DNA from: a virus
Taxonomy: Duplodnaviria > Caudoviricetes
Length of the DNA: 58,724 bases
Reading direction: 5' to 3' (one strand)
IMG/VR virus record: IMGVR_UViG_3300046167_000872
Span: 1-58,724 of that record
Below are positions 1 to 12,100 of the stretch, one piece after another. Position 1 is the first letter of the stretch. Each line of letters begins with the position of its first letter. The translations under genes and the position numbers were made by a program. The notes below the pieces were generated by a model. That model had not been told where the DNA came from. It saw only the letters and a program-made list of their open reading frames with translations, and searched no databases.

Positions 1-627
1 GTTAACTATGTTTCATTGTCGTGGATCGACGAATTAGGGGTTAAAAGAAAAATATACCCTACAACACTTACCAGTAATCCAACCAGCTTACCTATTCAAG
101 ATGCAGACGGAGTACCTGTACAGGACGACTTCAGCGAGAACATCGAAGCAAGCAGCTCTATAACTGAAGAGCAATGGAAAAATGCTGATACAAAAAGAAT
201 TACCGGAGACTACTTTAGAAACGACTACGATGTAGACTTCGATTACAAAGACAATATTTTAGGACAGCGCTACGGAGCGCAACCAGAAACCAGTCAAACA
301 AACGGGTGGTTTACAATAAACAATAGAGAGGGAAAAATATCTTTTAGCAGTAATTTATCTGGTAACGTTATTATTCTAGAATACCTTTCTGACGGATTAG
401 CATATGATGCAGATACCAAGCTTCCTAAAATGGCAGAAGAGGCTATGTATGCTCATTTAAGCTACTCTATCTTAGCCGGAAGAGCTAACCAACCAGAATA
501 TGTAGTTCAAAGATTAAAACGCGAGAGAAGCGCTAAATTAAGAAATACAAAAATAAGACTGTCTAATATAAAGCTTAGTGAGATTGTTCAGGTAATGAGA
601 AATAAGTCTAAGCAGATTAAACACTAA
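1..627 (+). CDS. C-terminal part of a virion structural protein (tail tube/ring or adaptor type); N-terminal part is at 58227-58724
   Basis: Frame open from base 1 (VNYVSLSWIDELG...) and joins in frame with the ORF running off the window end; lies between capsid and tail genes. Confidence 0.7.
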   Translation, partial: VNYVSLSWIDELGVKRKIYPTTLTSNPTSLPIQDADGVPVQDDFSENIEASSSITEEQWKNADTKRITGDYFRNDYDVDFDYKDNILGQRYGAQPETSQTNGWFTINNREGKISFSSNLSGNVIILEYLSDGLAYDADTKLPKMAEEAMYAHLSYSILAGRANQPEYVVQRLKRERSAKLRNTKIRLSNIKLSEIVQVMRNKSKQIKH

Positions 628-631
628 TTGA

Positions 632-3600
632 ATGGCAGAAGCAAAGAATAGCTTTTTAGCGTCTAAGATGAATAAAGACTTAGACGATAGGCTTATACCT
701 AGTAATGAATATAAAGATGCTTTAAACGTCGCTGTTTCTAATTCGGAAGATAGCGATGTAGGTGCTTTAGAAAATATACTAGAAAATACCAACGTTTATA
801 ATATTGGAACAACCAGCGCTACTGTTCCGGCTGGAGCAAGCTCTAACGTTATAAGCGTTACCGGAGTTCCGTTAAGTTCTCCTATACTTATTGGTCAAAC
901 AGTTACAGGAACAGGAGTACCTGCTGATACAACTGTTATATCCGTTAATTTGCCAACTGTTGTTTTAAGTAAAACAGTAACTTTAGCTTCCAACGCTGTT
1001 GTAACGTTCACTTCTACTAATGGCAAAATTATAGGACACATAGAAGATAGTTCCAATAATAACGTATATTTACTTTGGACTAATTACACTGATACTTCGT
1101 CTTCTGGTTTAGATCATCATCAAGCTGGAAGTAACGGGGCGGACACTGGGTCTGCTATAATACAATACAACACAATAGATGCCAATGTTACAAAAGTTTT
1201 AACACAAGGCAGGTTTTTAAACTTTTCTACAAATAGCCCTGTATATGGCATTAACTTGCTTGAAGACTTATTGTTTTGGACAGATAACAGAAACCAGCCT
1301 AGAAAAATAAATGTTAGAAAAGCATCAGCTGACAATACTTATTACTCTAGTGAAGATCATATATCCGTAGCTAAATATGCTCCGTATAAACCAATTGATT
1401 TATATAAAGACTACGGCGGCAGTACTTTTAAAACAACAATGAAAGATGTTGTTAGCGCAAACTTGCCGGACGGATCGACTCCAAACCCTGATTACAATGC
1501 TAATTATGCTGGAGACCCTAGCTACTTAGAAGACAAATTTGTAAGGTTTAGCTATAGGTTTAAGTACGACGACGGAGAATACTCTATAATGGCTCCGTTT
1601 ACTCAAATAGCATTTATTCCTAAACAAGACGGAAGCTTTTTAGCCGGAGATGAAGATGCTACATACAAAAGTACCGTAGTAAGCTTCATGGAAAACAAAG
1701 TTAACCAGATAGCATTGGTTATTAATTTGCCAGATACCGGTAACAACTTAGAAAACAACTATAAAATAAAAGAGTTAGATATTTTATATAAAGAATCTGG
1801 TGGAGTTTCTATAAGTATACTAGATACTGTAACTGTAAGCGAAATAAAAACAGCTGCTGCTGCAACTTCCGTTTACGAATACAGCTATCAATCTAGAAAA
1901 CCCGTTAAAACATTGCCTCAAGCTCAAACAACAAGAGTTTATGATAAAACACCCGTAAGGGCTTTTGCTCAAGAAGTAAGTGGCAATAGGGTTATTTACG
2001 GTAACTATATTAATAAGCACACTGCTCCTGAACACTTGAATTATCAAGTAACGGCTACTCAAAAGTTTACTTCAGGCGATAACTGGACTAAAGCTGATAA
2101 GGAGTATCCGGAGCATACTTTAAAGAGAAACAGGAGCTACCAAGTTGGGTTTATTTTATCTGATAGATACGGAAGAGAGTCTGACGTTATTTTATCCAGT
2201 GTTATAAATGACATTGCTGCTGGAGGGCTTTTTGGAGCTTCAACCTTTTATTTGCCGTATAGAGCTTCCGCTACCGACCCAGCGACTGTTCTTGCTGATA
2301 TAGGTAGTTCTATAAAAATACAATTAAACGAGCAAATACAAAGTAATAAAAGTTCTTTAACTCTTGGTAATATATCAGCTACTGGCGAACCTGGGCTATA
2401 TGACGCTACAGAAAACCCAACTGGTTGGTATTCTTATAAAGTTGTAGTAAAGCAAACTCAGCAGGAATATTATAATGTTTACTTGCCTGGGTTTTTAAAT
2501 GGTTATCTTCACAATACTACAGACCAAAATAATATAGCGCACGCGGCTTTAGTAGGAGACAATATAAATAAAGTACCAAGGTCTTTAATAGAAGTTGGAC
2601 CTGATCAAAAATTATACAGTAGTGACGAAATATTATTTCCTGTCGTACAAAACGTACTTATATCTGGAAATGTTAATAATAATGCTAAGTTTTATCCTGC
2701 AAATGAAAAGTATGAAGTTCCTACTATTGGAGCTTTTGATGAATTGGATTTTTTGGGAGCAAGCAGCGGAACTAATGCTCAAATATATAGATCAGAAGAA
2801 AAATCCATTAATAGCAAGGATTTCAACACCAAGTACTTTAGGGGTTATTAATACCCATATGGAACCGTTTTTATCTGTTGCAGAAACTTCTCCGTTTGTA
2901 TCAAACATTGATATTTACTACGAAACTTCGACTTCTGGATTAATATCTGATTTAAACAGCGATGTAGTGGCAACCGCGGGAAATCCTGCTGCAAACTTTA
3001 ATCTTTTTGACTACACACACAAAGAAAACCAAAATAATCTAGGATCAGGCACAGGCACAGGAGCCGCTGACTCTGCGTTTATCACAAGCGAATTTCTTCC
3101 AGTAAATAACTTAGGGGCAAATTTAACAACTACAACCGCTACGCTAAATTCAGTTGTAGATGGGTTGGGAACGAATAGGACTTCGGATTTTAATTTAGCT
3201 ACAAGCGGATCAGGTTATAGGCTTAAAATTGCTGATAAATTTTACTACGGCCCTGATGCTTCTTCAAGAGAAAGTTATACTTTTTCTATAGGTGTTACAA
3301 ATACTGCCGACAATACTACTGCAGACGTTAACGGAGCTACCACTAGCTCTATAACAGTAGTTGTTGATGATATTACTTCTTCCAAAGAAATATTTATAGG
3401 TCATATTGTAACAGGAACAGGGGTTCCGGCAAGCACGACCGTTACGGGGGTTTCAGCGATTGATATGGGAGCGCGCACAGCTACAATTGAATTAAGCTCG
3501 GCTGTATCTTTGGATGATGATGTGGCTTTAACTTTTACAGCTCCGTCAACAACTATAACTAAAACAGGAGCGCTTAGCAATATAGCTCCGAGCATAAATA

Positions 3601-4007
3601 GTATAGTTTATACTACACCTGCGTATTCAACCATGACAGGTACGTATGCTACTATAACTGCCTACAACGGAACAGCTGACACTACTAAGCGAACAGACGA
3701 CTTAGTTCATGCTTGGAGCCAAACGCAAAGTATCTACGGAGGCACAGTTAGCTATAGTATTAGCTCATACGTGGGTGCTAGTTTAATTACTTTGACACCG
3801 TACGGCGGTGATAGCATAACCTTAGCTCTAGATCAATCAGGAGTGGTAAGTATTTTCTATGGAGACTTTAATTCATTCCCTAGTAGTTTTAGCTTAAATG
3901 CTGTTATTACAGACGCCGGAGGAGAATCCGTAACGCAGGTTGTAACTTTTAACGACGTATCCCCAGGAGCATTTGCTAATTCGTTTAGTACGGCTTTTGA
4001 TATATAA
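632..4007 (+). CDS. Tail stabilization/nozzle-like protein (split by one extra A near 2799-2803)
   Basis: N-terminal MNKDLDDRLIPSNEYKDALN resembles tail stabilization proteins of Bacteroidota podoviruses; removing one A joins 632..2851 with 2595..4007 (YRSEENPLIARIST). Confidence 0.65.
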
Positions 4008-4035
4008 AATAAATAAATAATTAAAAAACTAATTA

Positions 4036-4767
4036 ATGGCTCAGATTAATAATTTAAGCAGAAAAACAATTCAAAATTTTGCAGATGCCGATTTTGCCGA
4101 CAACACTTCTAAAAATATCAGCGCTGCCGACTTAAGGGATAATTATAATAATTTTTTAAATAGCTCATTTGGACCTGTTTTAATTTACCATGGAAGGCTA
4201 AAGGAAGGAAGCACAGCAGTAAAAGATTATTATTACAATAGCCTATACTTCCAAGAATACAACGGCCCTATTACTAATTCTAGTAATATATACAGTTTTT
4301 CAAGCACAGGAGCTCCTGGGGTTGGAGCGGGTACATATTCAAAATCTCCCACAGGCGGAAGCGGAGCTGGGTTAGAGTTAAGTATAACGGTTGACGGAGC
4401 CGGTACAATAACATCCTATAGCATACTTAAACACGGCACAGGTTATACAATAGGGGATAGTTTAGCTATACCTAGCTTTGGAACAAACCCTCCTACAATT
4501 AGTTACAATGGAGTAATAAGACTGTCTTCAGGCAGTACTTTTATTGTAACGGAAAATGATAACTTAGGGGGCTTGAATGCCTCGCATACGGAAACAAACA
4601 CAATCGTGAACCAAAGAATAAACGCAAATACTTTTTCTCATTATTTGCACTACGCGTACATGTCTTCCTCTACAGCCAACAGACTTCTTGTTAGAAACGA
4701 TAGAGCTAATAGTAGTAACGAAGAAAATTCTTGGATAACTCTTTGGAGAATACAAGAAAGAGCCTAA
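4036..4767 (+). CDS. Putative tail-associated structural protein
   Basis: 243 aa, Gly/Ser/Thr-rich, GTGYTIGD motif common in tail proteins; tail gene context. Confidence 0.5.
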   Translation: MAQINNLSRKTIQNFADADFADNTSKNISAADLRDNYNNFLNSSFGPVLIYHGRLKEGSTAVKDYYYNSLYFQEYNGPITNSSNIYSFSSTGAPGVGAGTYSKSPTGGSGAGLELSITVDGAGTITSYSILKHGTGYTIGDSLAIPSFGTNPPTISYNGVIRLSSGSTFIVTENDNLGGLNASHTETNTIVNQRINANTFSHYLHYAYMSSSTANRLLVRNDRANSSNEENSWITLWRIQERA

Positions 4768-4771
4768 GAAT

Positions 4772-4799
4772 TAAAAACAACGCAAAACAAGTAATTATA
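4772..4799 (+). promoter_or_regulatory. Class II (middle/late) promoter candidate TAAAA-N14-GTAAT
   Basis: TAAAA at 4772, GTAATTATA at 4791, intergenic just before ATG 4805. Confidence 0.55.
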
Positions 4800-4804
4800 G
4801 ATAC

Positions 4805-6223
4805 ATGGCAGCAGTAATAGAGGTAAAATACTTTAATTCTTTTATGCTACGGAAAACCGTGGACGGCAGCGATAATCCCGTTTGGAAAGGAACATCTGGT
4901 TTGACCAATGTTACTGCGAAAAACTGGATTATTGAAGAAGCTAGAATTAGAGGCGGCTACAATAATACTTCTGTAGATTTCGGAGCAAAAGCATACTTAG
5001 TAGCTGATACTAATAAAGGTTCAATTCGCACTAGCGGACTAATATACTCTGGTATATTTAACTCTAGAACCGGTATTAATAATACTAACCAATTTCCGGT
5101 TGGTGAAGAAATAACCAGAAGCCTTGACCCTTCGAATGGTAGTATTCAAAAGCTATATGCTGAAAATACCAACCTTACTATCCTGCAGGAAAACAAAACA
5201 AGCCAAGCTTTAATAGATAAAGACGCTATTTACTCCGCTGAAGGCACCGCTATAACAACTTCAGGTGCGCAGGTAATCGGACAAGTACAGCCTTATGCAG
5301 GAGAGTATGGTATATCTAAAGACCCGGGCAGCTTTGCTGTTTACGGTTATAGAAAATACTTTACAGATAGAAATAGAAATGCGGTACTAAGGCTTTCTTC
5401 TGACGGTATTACTGAAATATCTGCTTATGGAATGAAAGACTTTTTCAGAGATCAGTTTAATTCGCTTGATCGAAATGAATCTGTTAAAGGGGCTATTGTT
5501 GGAGGATATGATGTTCATACTAAAACTTATGTTGTTTCGCTGCAAAATTATAACGGCGATGATTATGAAACTTTAGCGTTTGACGAATCTTCTAAAGGAT
5601 GGGTTAGTCGATATAGCTATAAGCCAGACCAAATATTTAGTTTAAAAAATAATTTTTATTCTGTTAATTCAGATGGGGTTTGGCAACATTACTCAGGGCC
5701 TGATTATGGCAAACTATACGGAAGCACCGTAGACTCTACTGTAACAGCTGTATTTAATCCTAAGGTTTCTGTTTCTAAAAACTTTTTAACTATAGGTTAT
5801 GAAGGAAGTAATGGATGGGAAATGGATTCGTTTATATCAGATATTGAAGGGAATGACGGTAGCTTAGGTATAAACAATAAAGACCAAGCCGCTTCCGTTA
5901 AAAGTTACAGCACCGGAGAATATGTTATAAACCCTGCTGACGGACAGCCAGTAAGACCTGTAAACTATACCGGAGTATTTGGAACACCTTTTCCTCCTTA
6001 CACTAAATTAAGAGCTGGGTTTGACAGAAAAGAAAACAAGTACGTTGCAAACCTTAAAAATAACAGCACAGCAAGACCGGCTGAAATTGTATACGGACAA
6101 TCTATGTCTGGAATTAAAGGTCAGTTTGTAACAGTTACATTTTCTGTTGACAATGCCGTTGATCCAAACGGGAAAAAAGAATTATTCGCGATTTCATCAA
6201 ATTACGTAGAGTCGTCATATTAA
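4805..6223 (+). CDS. Tail structural protein (stabilization-protein C-terminal-like, beta-rich)
   Basis: 472 aa; YGISKDPGSF and YFTDRNRNAVLRLS-type motifs; tail module. Confidence 0.55.
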   Translation: MAAVIEVKYFNSFMLRKTVDGSDNPVWKGTSGLTNVTAKNWIIEEARIRGGYNNTSVDFGAKAYLVADTNKGSIRTSGLIYSGIFNSRTGINNTNQFPVGEEITRSLDPSNGSIQKLYAENTNLTILQENKTSQALIDKDAIYSAEGTAITTSGAQVIGQVQPYAGEYGISKDPGSFAVYGYRKYFTDRNRNAVLRLSSDGITEISAYGMKDFFRDQFNSLDRNESVKGAIVGGYDVHTKTYVVSLQNYNGDDYETLAFDESSKGWVSRYSYKPDQIFSLKNNFYSVNSDGVWQHYSGPDYGKLYGSTVDSTVTAVFNPKVSVSKNFLTIGYEGSNGWEMDSFISDIEGNDGSLGINNKDQAASVKSYSTGEYVINPADGQPVRPVNYTGVFGTPFPPYTKLRAGFDRKENKYVANLKNNSTARPAEIVYGQSMSGIKGQFVTVTFSVDNAVDPNGKKELFAISSNYVESSY

Positions 6224-6233
6224 ATTAAATTAA

Positions 6234-6645
6234 ATGGAATTAAATATTAGAATGCTCCAGGAATCTGACTGGGATACACTTGTATCTTGGTGGGATGGTT
6301 GGAAGGAATGGAAAGCTCCCCCAAAAGATATGCTGCCTGATAATGGAAAAGGCGGCTTTATGGTAGAAAGTGATGGTCAGCCTATTGTTGCTGGTTTTGT
6401 TTATACCGCTAACTCTAAAACAGCTTTACTTGAATTTATAGTTTCTGACCCTACTTATAAAAAGAAAAATAGAAAAGAAGCTATAGAGCTTTTAATAAAC
6501 GGAGCAGAAGAAGTTTGTAAGCAGCAAGGGGTATAAGTATATATTTAGCATTGGAAGAAATAAACATTTAATAAATACGCATAAAAAGCTAGGGTATCAT
6601 GTTGATAATAAACCCTCTTACGAAATAATTAAAAAAATTAATTAA
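6234..6645 (+). CDS. GNAT-like protein preceding internal virion genes (extra G near 6528-6531)
   Basis: Removing one G extends the ORF to KQQGYKYIFSIGRNKHLINTHKKLGYHVDNKPSYEIIKKIN*, giving an acetyltransferase-like pattern. Confidence 0.5.
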
Positions 6646-6646
6646 T

Positions 6647-7511
6647 ATGGCAGCAGTAACAGCAGTTGTAGCGGCAGGAGCAGCAGTGGTTGGAAATACC
6701 GTGCAGGCTATAGGGGCAAACCAAAAAGCTCAAAAAGCTAAAGGGAAACTAGGCAGAGCCGAGCAAGGTATGCAAGAGCTACTCGATTCTCGACAAGAAA
6801 TAATAAACCCGTATGAAAGCTTTGAAGATTTGTCTGGAATGATTACAGATACTTCTGGCAACTTAAAAAATAGGTTTCAAAATATTGGAGTAGCCACTCA
6901 AGCCGCTGAAATACAAATAGAGGAAGCTAATATAGCTTTAGCTAATACCTTAGACACTTTAGCCGCTACGGGAGCAAGTGCAGGTGGGGCTACAGCTTTA
7001 GCGCAAGCAGCTCTCCAAAGTAAAAAAAGGCGTTGCCGCAGGTATAGAGCAGCAAGAAGTAGCTAACCAACAAAAAGCAGCAGCGGCAGAAATGCAGCTA
7101 GATCAGTTAAAAATGGCTGAAGAGCAAAGAGTGCAAGGCGCTTTAGTTGGCGAAGCTGAACGTATGCAAACCACAGAAGCCCAGGGTAAAGACTACGTAT
7201 ATAAAGAAAAAGAAAAAAGAGAACTTGTTGAGCTTGATAGACAACAAGCTAAAATTGACTCTATAAAAGGCGAAGTTGCTGCATACCAGCAAGCGCGAGA
7301 CGGCGCAATAGGAAGTGCTATTAGCGGTCTTAGTAATGTCGCTGGAGCTGTAGGAGGATTACAAGCAGAAAAGCTAGCTGGTGGCAGCGGAGGAAGTATG
7401 TTTGACGGTGCAAAAGAAAAACTAAAAACAAGTGAGGATTTTAAACTCGATACAAAAGTTGACCTTTCAAGTTTAGGGTATCAAGGAAATAAAGGAAAAT
7501 ACAAATACTGA
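6647..7511 (+). CDS. Internal virion (ejection) protein (extra A near 7022-7028)
   Basis: Ala/Gln/Gly-rich with hydrophobic N-terminus; removing one A joins 6647..7066 and 7092..7511 (QSKKGVAAGIEQQE). Confidence 0.55.
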
Positions 7512-7526
7512 AATTAAACCAACCAA

Positions 7527-9075
7527 ATGGGAACATATAGAAATCCTGATCCAACAATAGTAAACACTGGATCAAAAGTTTACGAAGGAATACAAAAGCT
7601 TACCGGTGATGTTTTTCAGTTTGCAACAGAAGAAAGACAGCGTAAGGCCGACTTAATTTCAGAAAGCTTAGCTGCGCAACAGGCAATTGATGACGATATC
7701 AACATGCTCGGCCTTAATGTAGAAGAGGGCGCTACGAACTTTGAAGTCCAAGTGTACGAAGAAGCTCAGCGGGCAAAGCAAGAAATTGCGCAGCAGTACG
7801 ATATAATGAGTAGGACTTTTTCTACTCCAGCCCAAAGAGCAAAAGCTAAAGCAGAAATAAATAGGTTAAATAAATTTCCTGACGGGTTGGTTGCTGACCT
7901 TGGTACTGGTAAATATATTGTAGACGAATACAACAAGGCTCTTTTAAAACAAGGGGGGCAAACTGGAGCTATTAGTCTAACTAACGATGAAAACCTATTG
8001 GCTGTAACCTGGTGATATGCGTAGTGGTGGGAAAAATACCCGTATTCGAACAAACGAAGCAGGAGCAAGAACTTTAGTTACTACAAAAAACGGAAAAGAG
8101 TATAAGCTTAACATTACAAATATAACAAACGGTATTAAAAATAATCCTGATTATGCTTTATTTAGAACCGTTGAGGACGATAAAGAAATTGTAGATAGAT
8201 ATAAAACCGCTCTTGGTATTGACGGGAAGGCTGATATAGACACTTTAATAGGTAATGGTATACTTACTAAAGAAAGAAGATTCGATGTAGCAGGGAAGCC
8301 CGAAATGCTTTATACTTTGAATAAGGATCGAGTAGATAGAGCGGCTTCAAAATTAAGTACTAGTTTGATTGAGGTTCCTGAAAACTACAGCTTTGCTAAT
8401 AGTATTTGGCAAGACAGAATAGGTGAGGCACAAACTTTAAAAGGTGCTTTAGGGGAAATTGACTCAAAAACAGGTAAATATAAAAATGAAGCGGAAGTTT
8501 TATCTAAAATTAGAGGATACTACACTGAAAAGGCTATAGCTGATGCAGGGAAGCAATTTGGCGTAGCGGTAGGTGTTACTTTGCCAAAAACCGAAGAGGT
8601 AGCTGGCGGCAAAAGCGCAGGAAAAACAAAAGGGCCTAGTAATTACGAAATGGCGAGAGTTGCTGCTGATATGCAGCCCGGCGGTCTTTATTCTAAAATA
8701 GAAAACCAAATTGAAAGATGGGGAGATTTGGTGATGAAAATAGATGATATTGAATTGCCTACAGATCCTGCTGCAAGAGAAGCATTGACAAAAAAGCAAA
8801 AAACAAAAGTAGATAATATAATTACCGAAGTTAAAAACGCAATAAAGCCGCTAGTTGGAAAAAGAAAAATTGACTTTCAATACACAACCGAAGGTGATGA
8901 AAAGGGATGGGTTTTTATAAATCAAGATACAGGTAAAAAAAGATTTATTTCTAAAGACTTTAACCCTAATGACGTAAAAAGATCGTTGCTTAGTTTACAA
9001 GGGTTTAGTGAGCAGTACATAGATCAACTATTAAGAGAGGGGCTTTATACAGACCCTTTAAACCCAAATACTTAG
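7527..9075 (+). CDS. Internal virion protein (extra C near 8008)
   Basis: Removing one C joins 7527..8015 and 8017..9075 (LAVTGDMRSGG); helical, located before the giant ORF. Confidence 0.5.
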
Positions 9076-9100
9076 TTTTAAACAAAACAAAAATTAAATT

Positions 9101-12100
9101 ATGTTTAAGTTAAACGGCGAACAATACTCTTTAGAAGATTTACAAAAAGCGGCTGAAAAATACAACATGGAATTTGACGCTTATATGGAGGTTATGAAAA
9201 CTAAAGGATTAGAAGAAATAGCTTCTATAGATTCAGTTGATACCTCAAAAAAAGAAGACCTACAGACTGCGGGCGCGACTGTGGGAGAAATGCAAGTGCC
9301 CGATATGGACTTAACATCGGAAGCTGGTTCATTGGAATTTCCAGGAACTGAAGTCGAGCCTGAACCATTACCATCATTTGAAAGCTTTATACCTGAGTCT
9401 GAGTATATAACTACTACAAGATCAGGAAGGCGCCCTACTACTTTAGGCATAGATGAAGCTTCAAAAAAGTACGATGAGTACTACACCAATATTTCCCCTA
9501 TAGCTTTAGATTTAAAAAACGTTAGCTTAGACTCTGCTGTAGAGGCTTATAAAGAAGAATATTCTGATTTAGGTTTTGAATTTCACAAGAAAAGCAGAGG
9601 GATAGCAATAACTGCCCCTAATGGGAGCGAGCAGACTTTTGTTACTTCGCTGGGAGGGGGAAGACAAGGTTATCAAGGGCAGAATTGGAGTAAAGCCCAA
9701 GAGTTCATAGAAAGAAATAAGGGTGACCAAAAGGCTTGGGAAAGTAAAAAGGCAGCGATAAGAGGAATAGAATCTATAATGTCTGATATTATCGAAAAAG
9801 AGGACTATTATGATTTAGATTACGGGACTCTTAACCTCAAACAAGGGAAAGACGTTGCTATCCTAGATTCTAAAGATTTATTTTACAATCATCCTGACCT
9901 TGTACAGGGAATTAAAAACGAAGCTGTTAAAAGGTACAATAGATATAATGTAGAAGACAGAGAAAAAACATTATTTGGAGATACTGCTTTTCAAGTAGCG
10001 GATATTTCTGATTATAGATTAGACGAAATAACTGAGAATGTTTTTGCAAAAGCAATGGCGCAAGATGCTGCTTATAAGGCTGAGCAAACAAAAGAAATAA
10101 TTTTAAAAGAGGCTAAGGAGAAATTTGAAGGCGATTTAAATGCTTTGGCTGACTGGGCTACTAATGCGGGTGCAGCGGAAGTTCAAGATCCTATTGAGAA
10201 AAGAATAGCTAATAGCTGGAGAAATGTTTATAAGTTACAAAACGCTTTAGATTCAGAAAACTTAACGCCTGAGCAGCAAGTTGGATATAATGAAAACTTG
10301 TCAAAAGCAGCAAAAGAAGCGGCTGAACTAACAAAAAAACATTTAAACCCTAATAACGTAATTTTATTTAACCCTTCTGAAGGATTTACTAAAACGCTAA
10401 AACCAGGGTCTAGCGAGGAAGGCGGAATAAATATAGCTCCTCAAGTTCAAGAGGAAACAACCCGGTTGGTTGCTTTAAAAAACGGAAGCTTTAAAGCTTT
10501 ACAAAATAGATATGTAGCGCATAGAATAGACTTAACAGATATGCGCAAAAACTTAAGTAAAGAGCTAGAGGTCACAAGAGGCGACGGATCAAAGTATAAA
10601 GCGACCTTAAGTAACCTTGTCAATCAACACATAATGGGTACCGGGAAGTTTATTCCAGGTTTATCCGAAGATATTGAAGCTAGAGGCCCCAAAGGCGATG
10701 ATTTAGGAACAGGGGCTATACAAGAAGTTTTTGGAAAGCGCGAAATAGAAGGCATTGCTAAAGAGTATATGCGCCTTAAAGCTCGGGATGTAGCTTTTAA
10801 GAACATGTACCTTCTTAACATCAACCCTAAAAGTGTAGAGCGCTCTGGTTTTTGGGCATCAGCGGGAGAAGGGTTTTTAGAATCTTTATCTTCCGGTGAA
10901 GTAGTAGATTTTTATAGCGGGCCAAATGCTTCCGATGTGTTAAGTGAAGTAAAAGAAGTAGGAGACGAAGCGGGAATAGAATGGGATACAGATCAACTAA
11001 ATAATTTTAAAGAAACTGGTAAAGAATTTTTAGGAACTACAGTAGGCGGGTTACCTGTTTTAGCAAGTGAGTTTGCTTTAGCTAATGTTGTGGCCGGGGC
11101 TACTCTTGCTGTTGCAGGCGGAGATGTTTTTATAGCTGGACTTAAGGCCGGAAAATATTATAAGGCAGGAAGAAAAGCAGCAATGTCTACCGACGAAATT
11201 TTATCAGGAGCAGCTGCAGACGGGTATAAAGGTAGTATACTAAGTAAACCTGTTCAAAAATGGGTTAGTATGCAGCCGGGTATTATAAAAGTAGGAGGCG
11301 GTGTAGTAGACAGGTTAACAGCTCTTACTCTTGAGGCTACTATCGAAGGCTTTAAAATGCAAGGAGTTGTAGGGGATAGCGGGTTTGGAATGGGGGCTGC
11401 ATTTACTCCTGCTGCGGCTTTAGTTAATACATTAGCAGGAAGGCTAGGCGTGAGGTTTAAAGCTAAAGGAGCTTTTCATAAACTAAACGATATTGTACTT
11501 AAGCCGTTAAAGGGCGGTATTGTTATGGTGCCTTCCGCAGAGGGAGGGGCTATTATAGAGGCTGCTATTGACGATTACATAGGAGGAAAAGATTTTAATA
11601 CTTATTTAGACGAAAACTTTAGAGATATAGAGTGGCTTGGAGAAGGCGGAATATATAGAAGGTATTTAGGGCATGCTGTAACCGGCGCGGCACTCTCTTA
11701 TTCTCATTTACCGGTTAAAAAAATACTTACAAAAACATTAAATGGTCAAATGGATTTAAGCGCAAAAGCTTTTGAAGAAATTAACCTTATTAATGCTCAA
11801 ATAGAACAAGAACTTAAACTAGAAGGCGGAAAAACTAGAATTTCTAGGGTTTTAAAACCGAAACTTGAAAAGGCACTGGAGATATACGTCGCGGCTGATA
11901 ATTACATAAGTGAGGCCTACGCTTTAAATGAAGCAACCGATCCTCAAGCAAATGCAAGGCAAGCCTCGAGGGATATTGAAAAAACAGTAAAAGACTTTAA
12001 AAAACGCACCGGAAAAGATCTTAACTTGAGCTTAAGCATAGAAATGAAGGGTGAAAACCTAAATGGAAAAGCTGCTGAAGTTACCAAAAGAGAAGACGGA

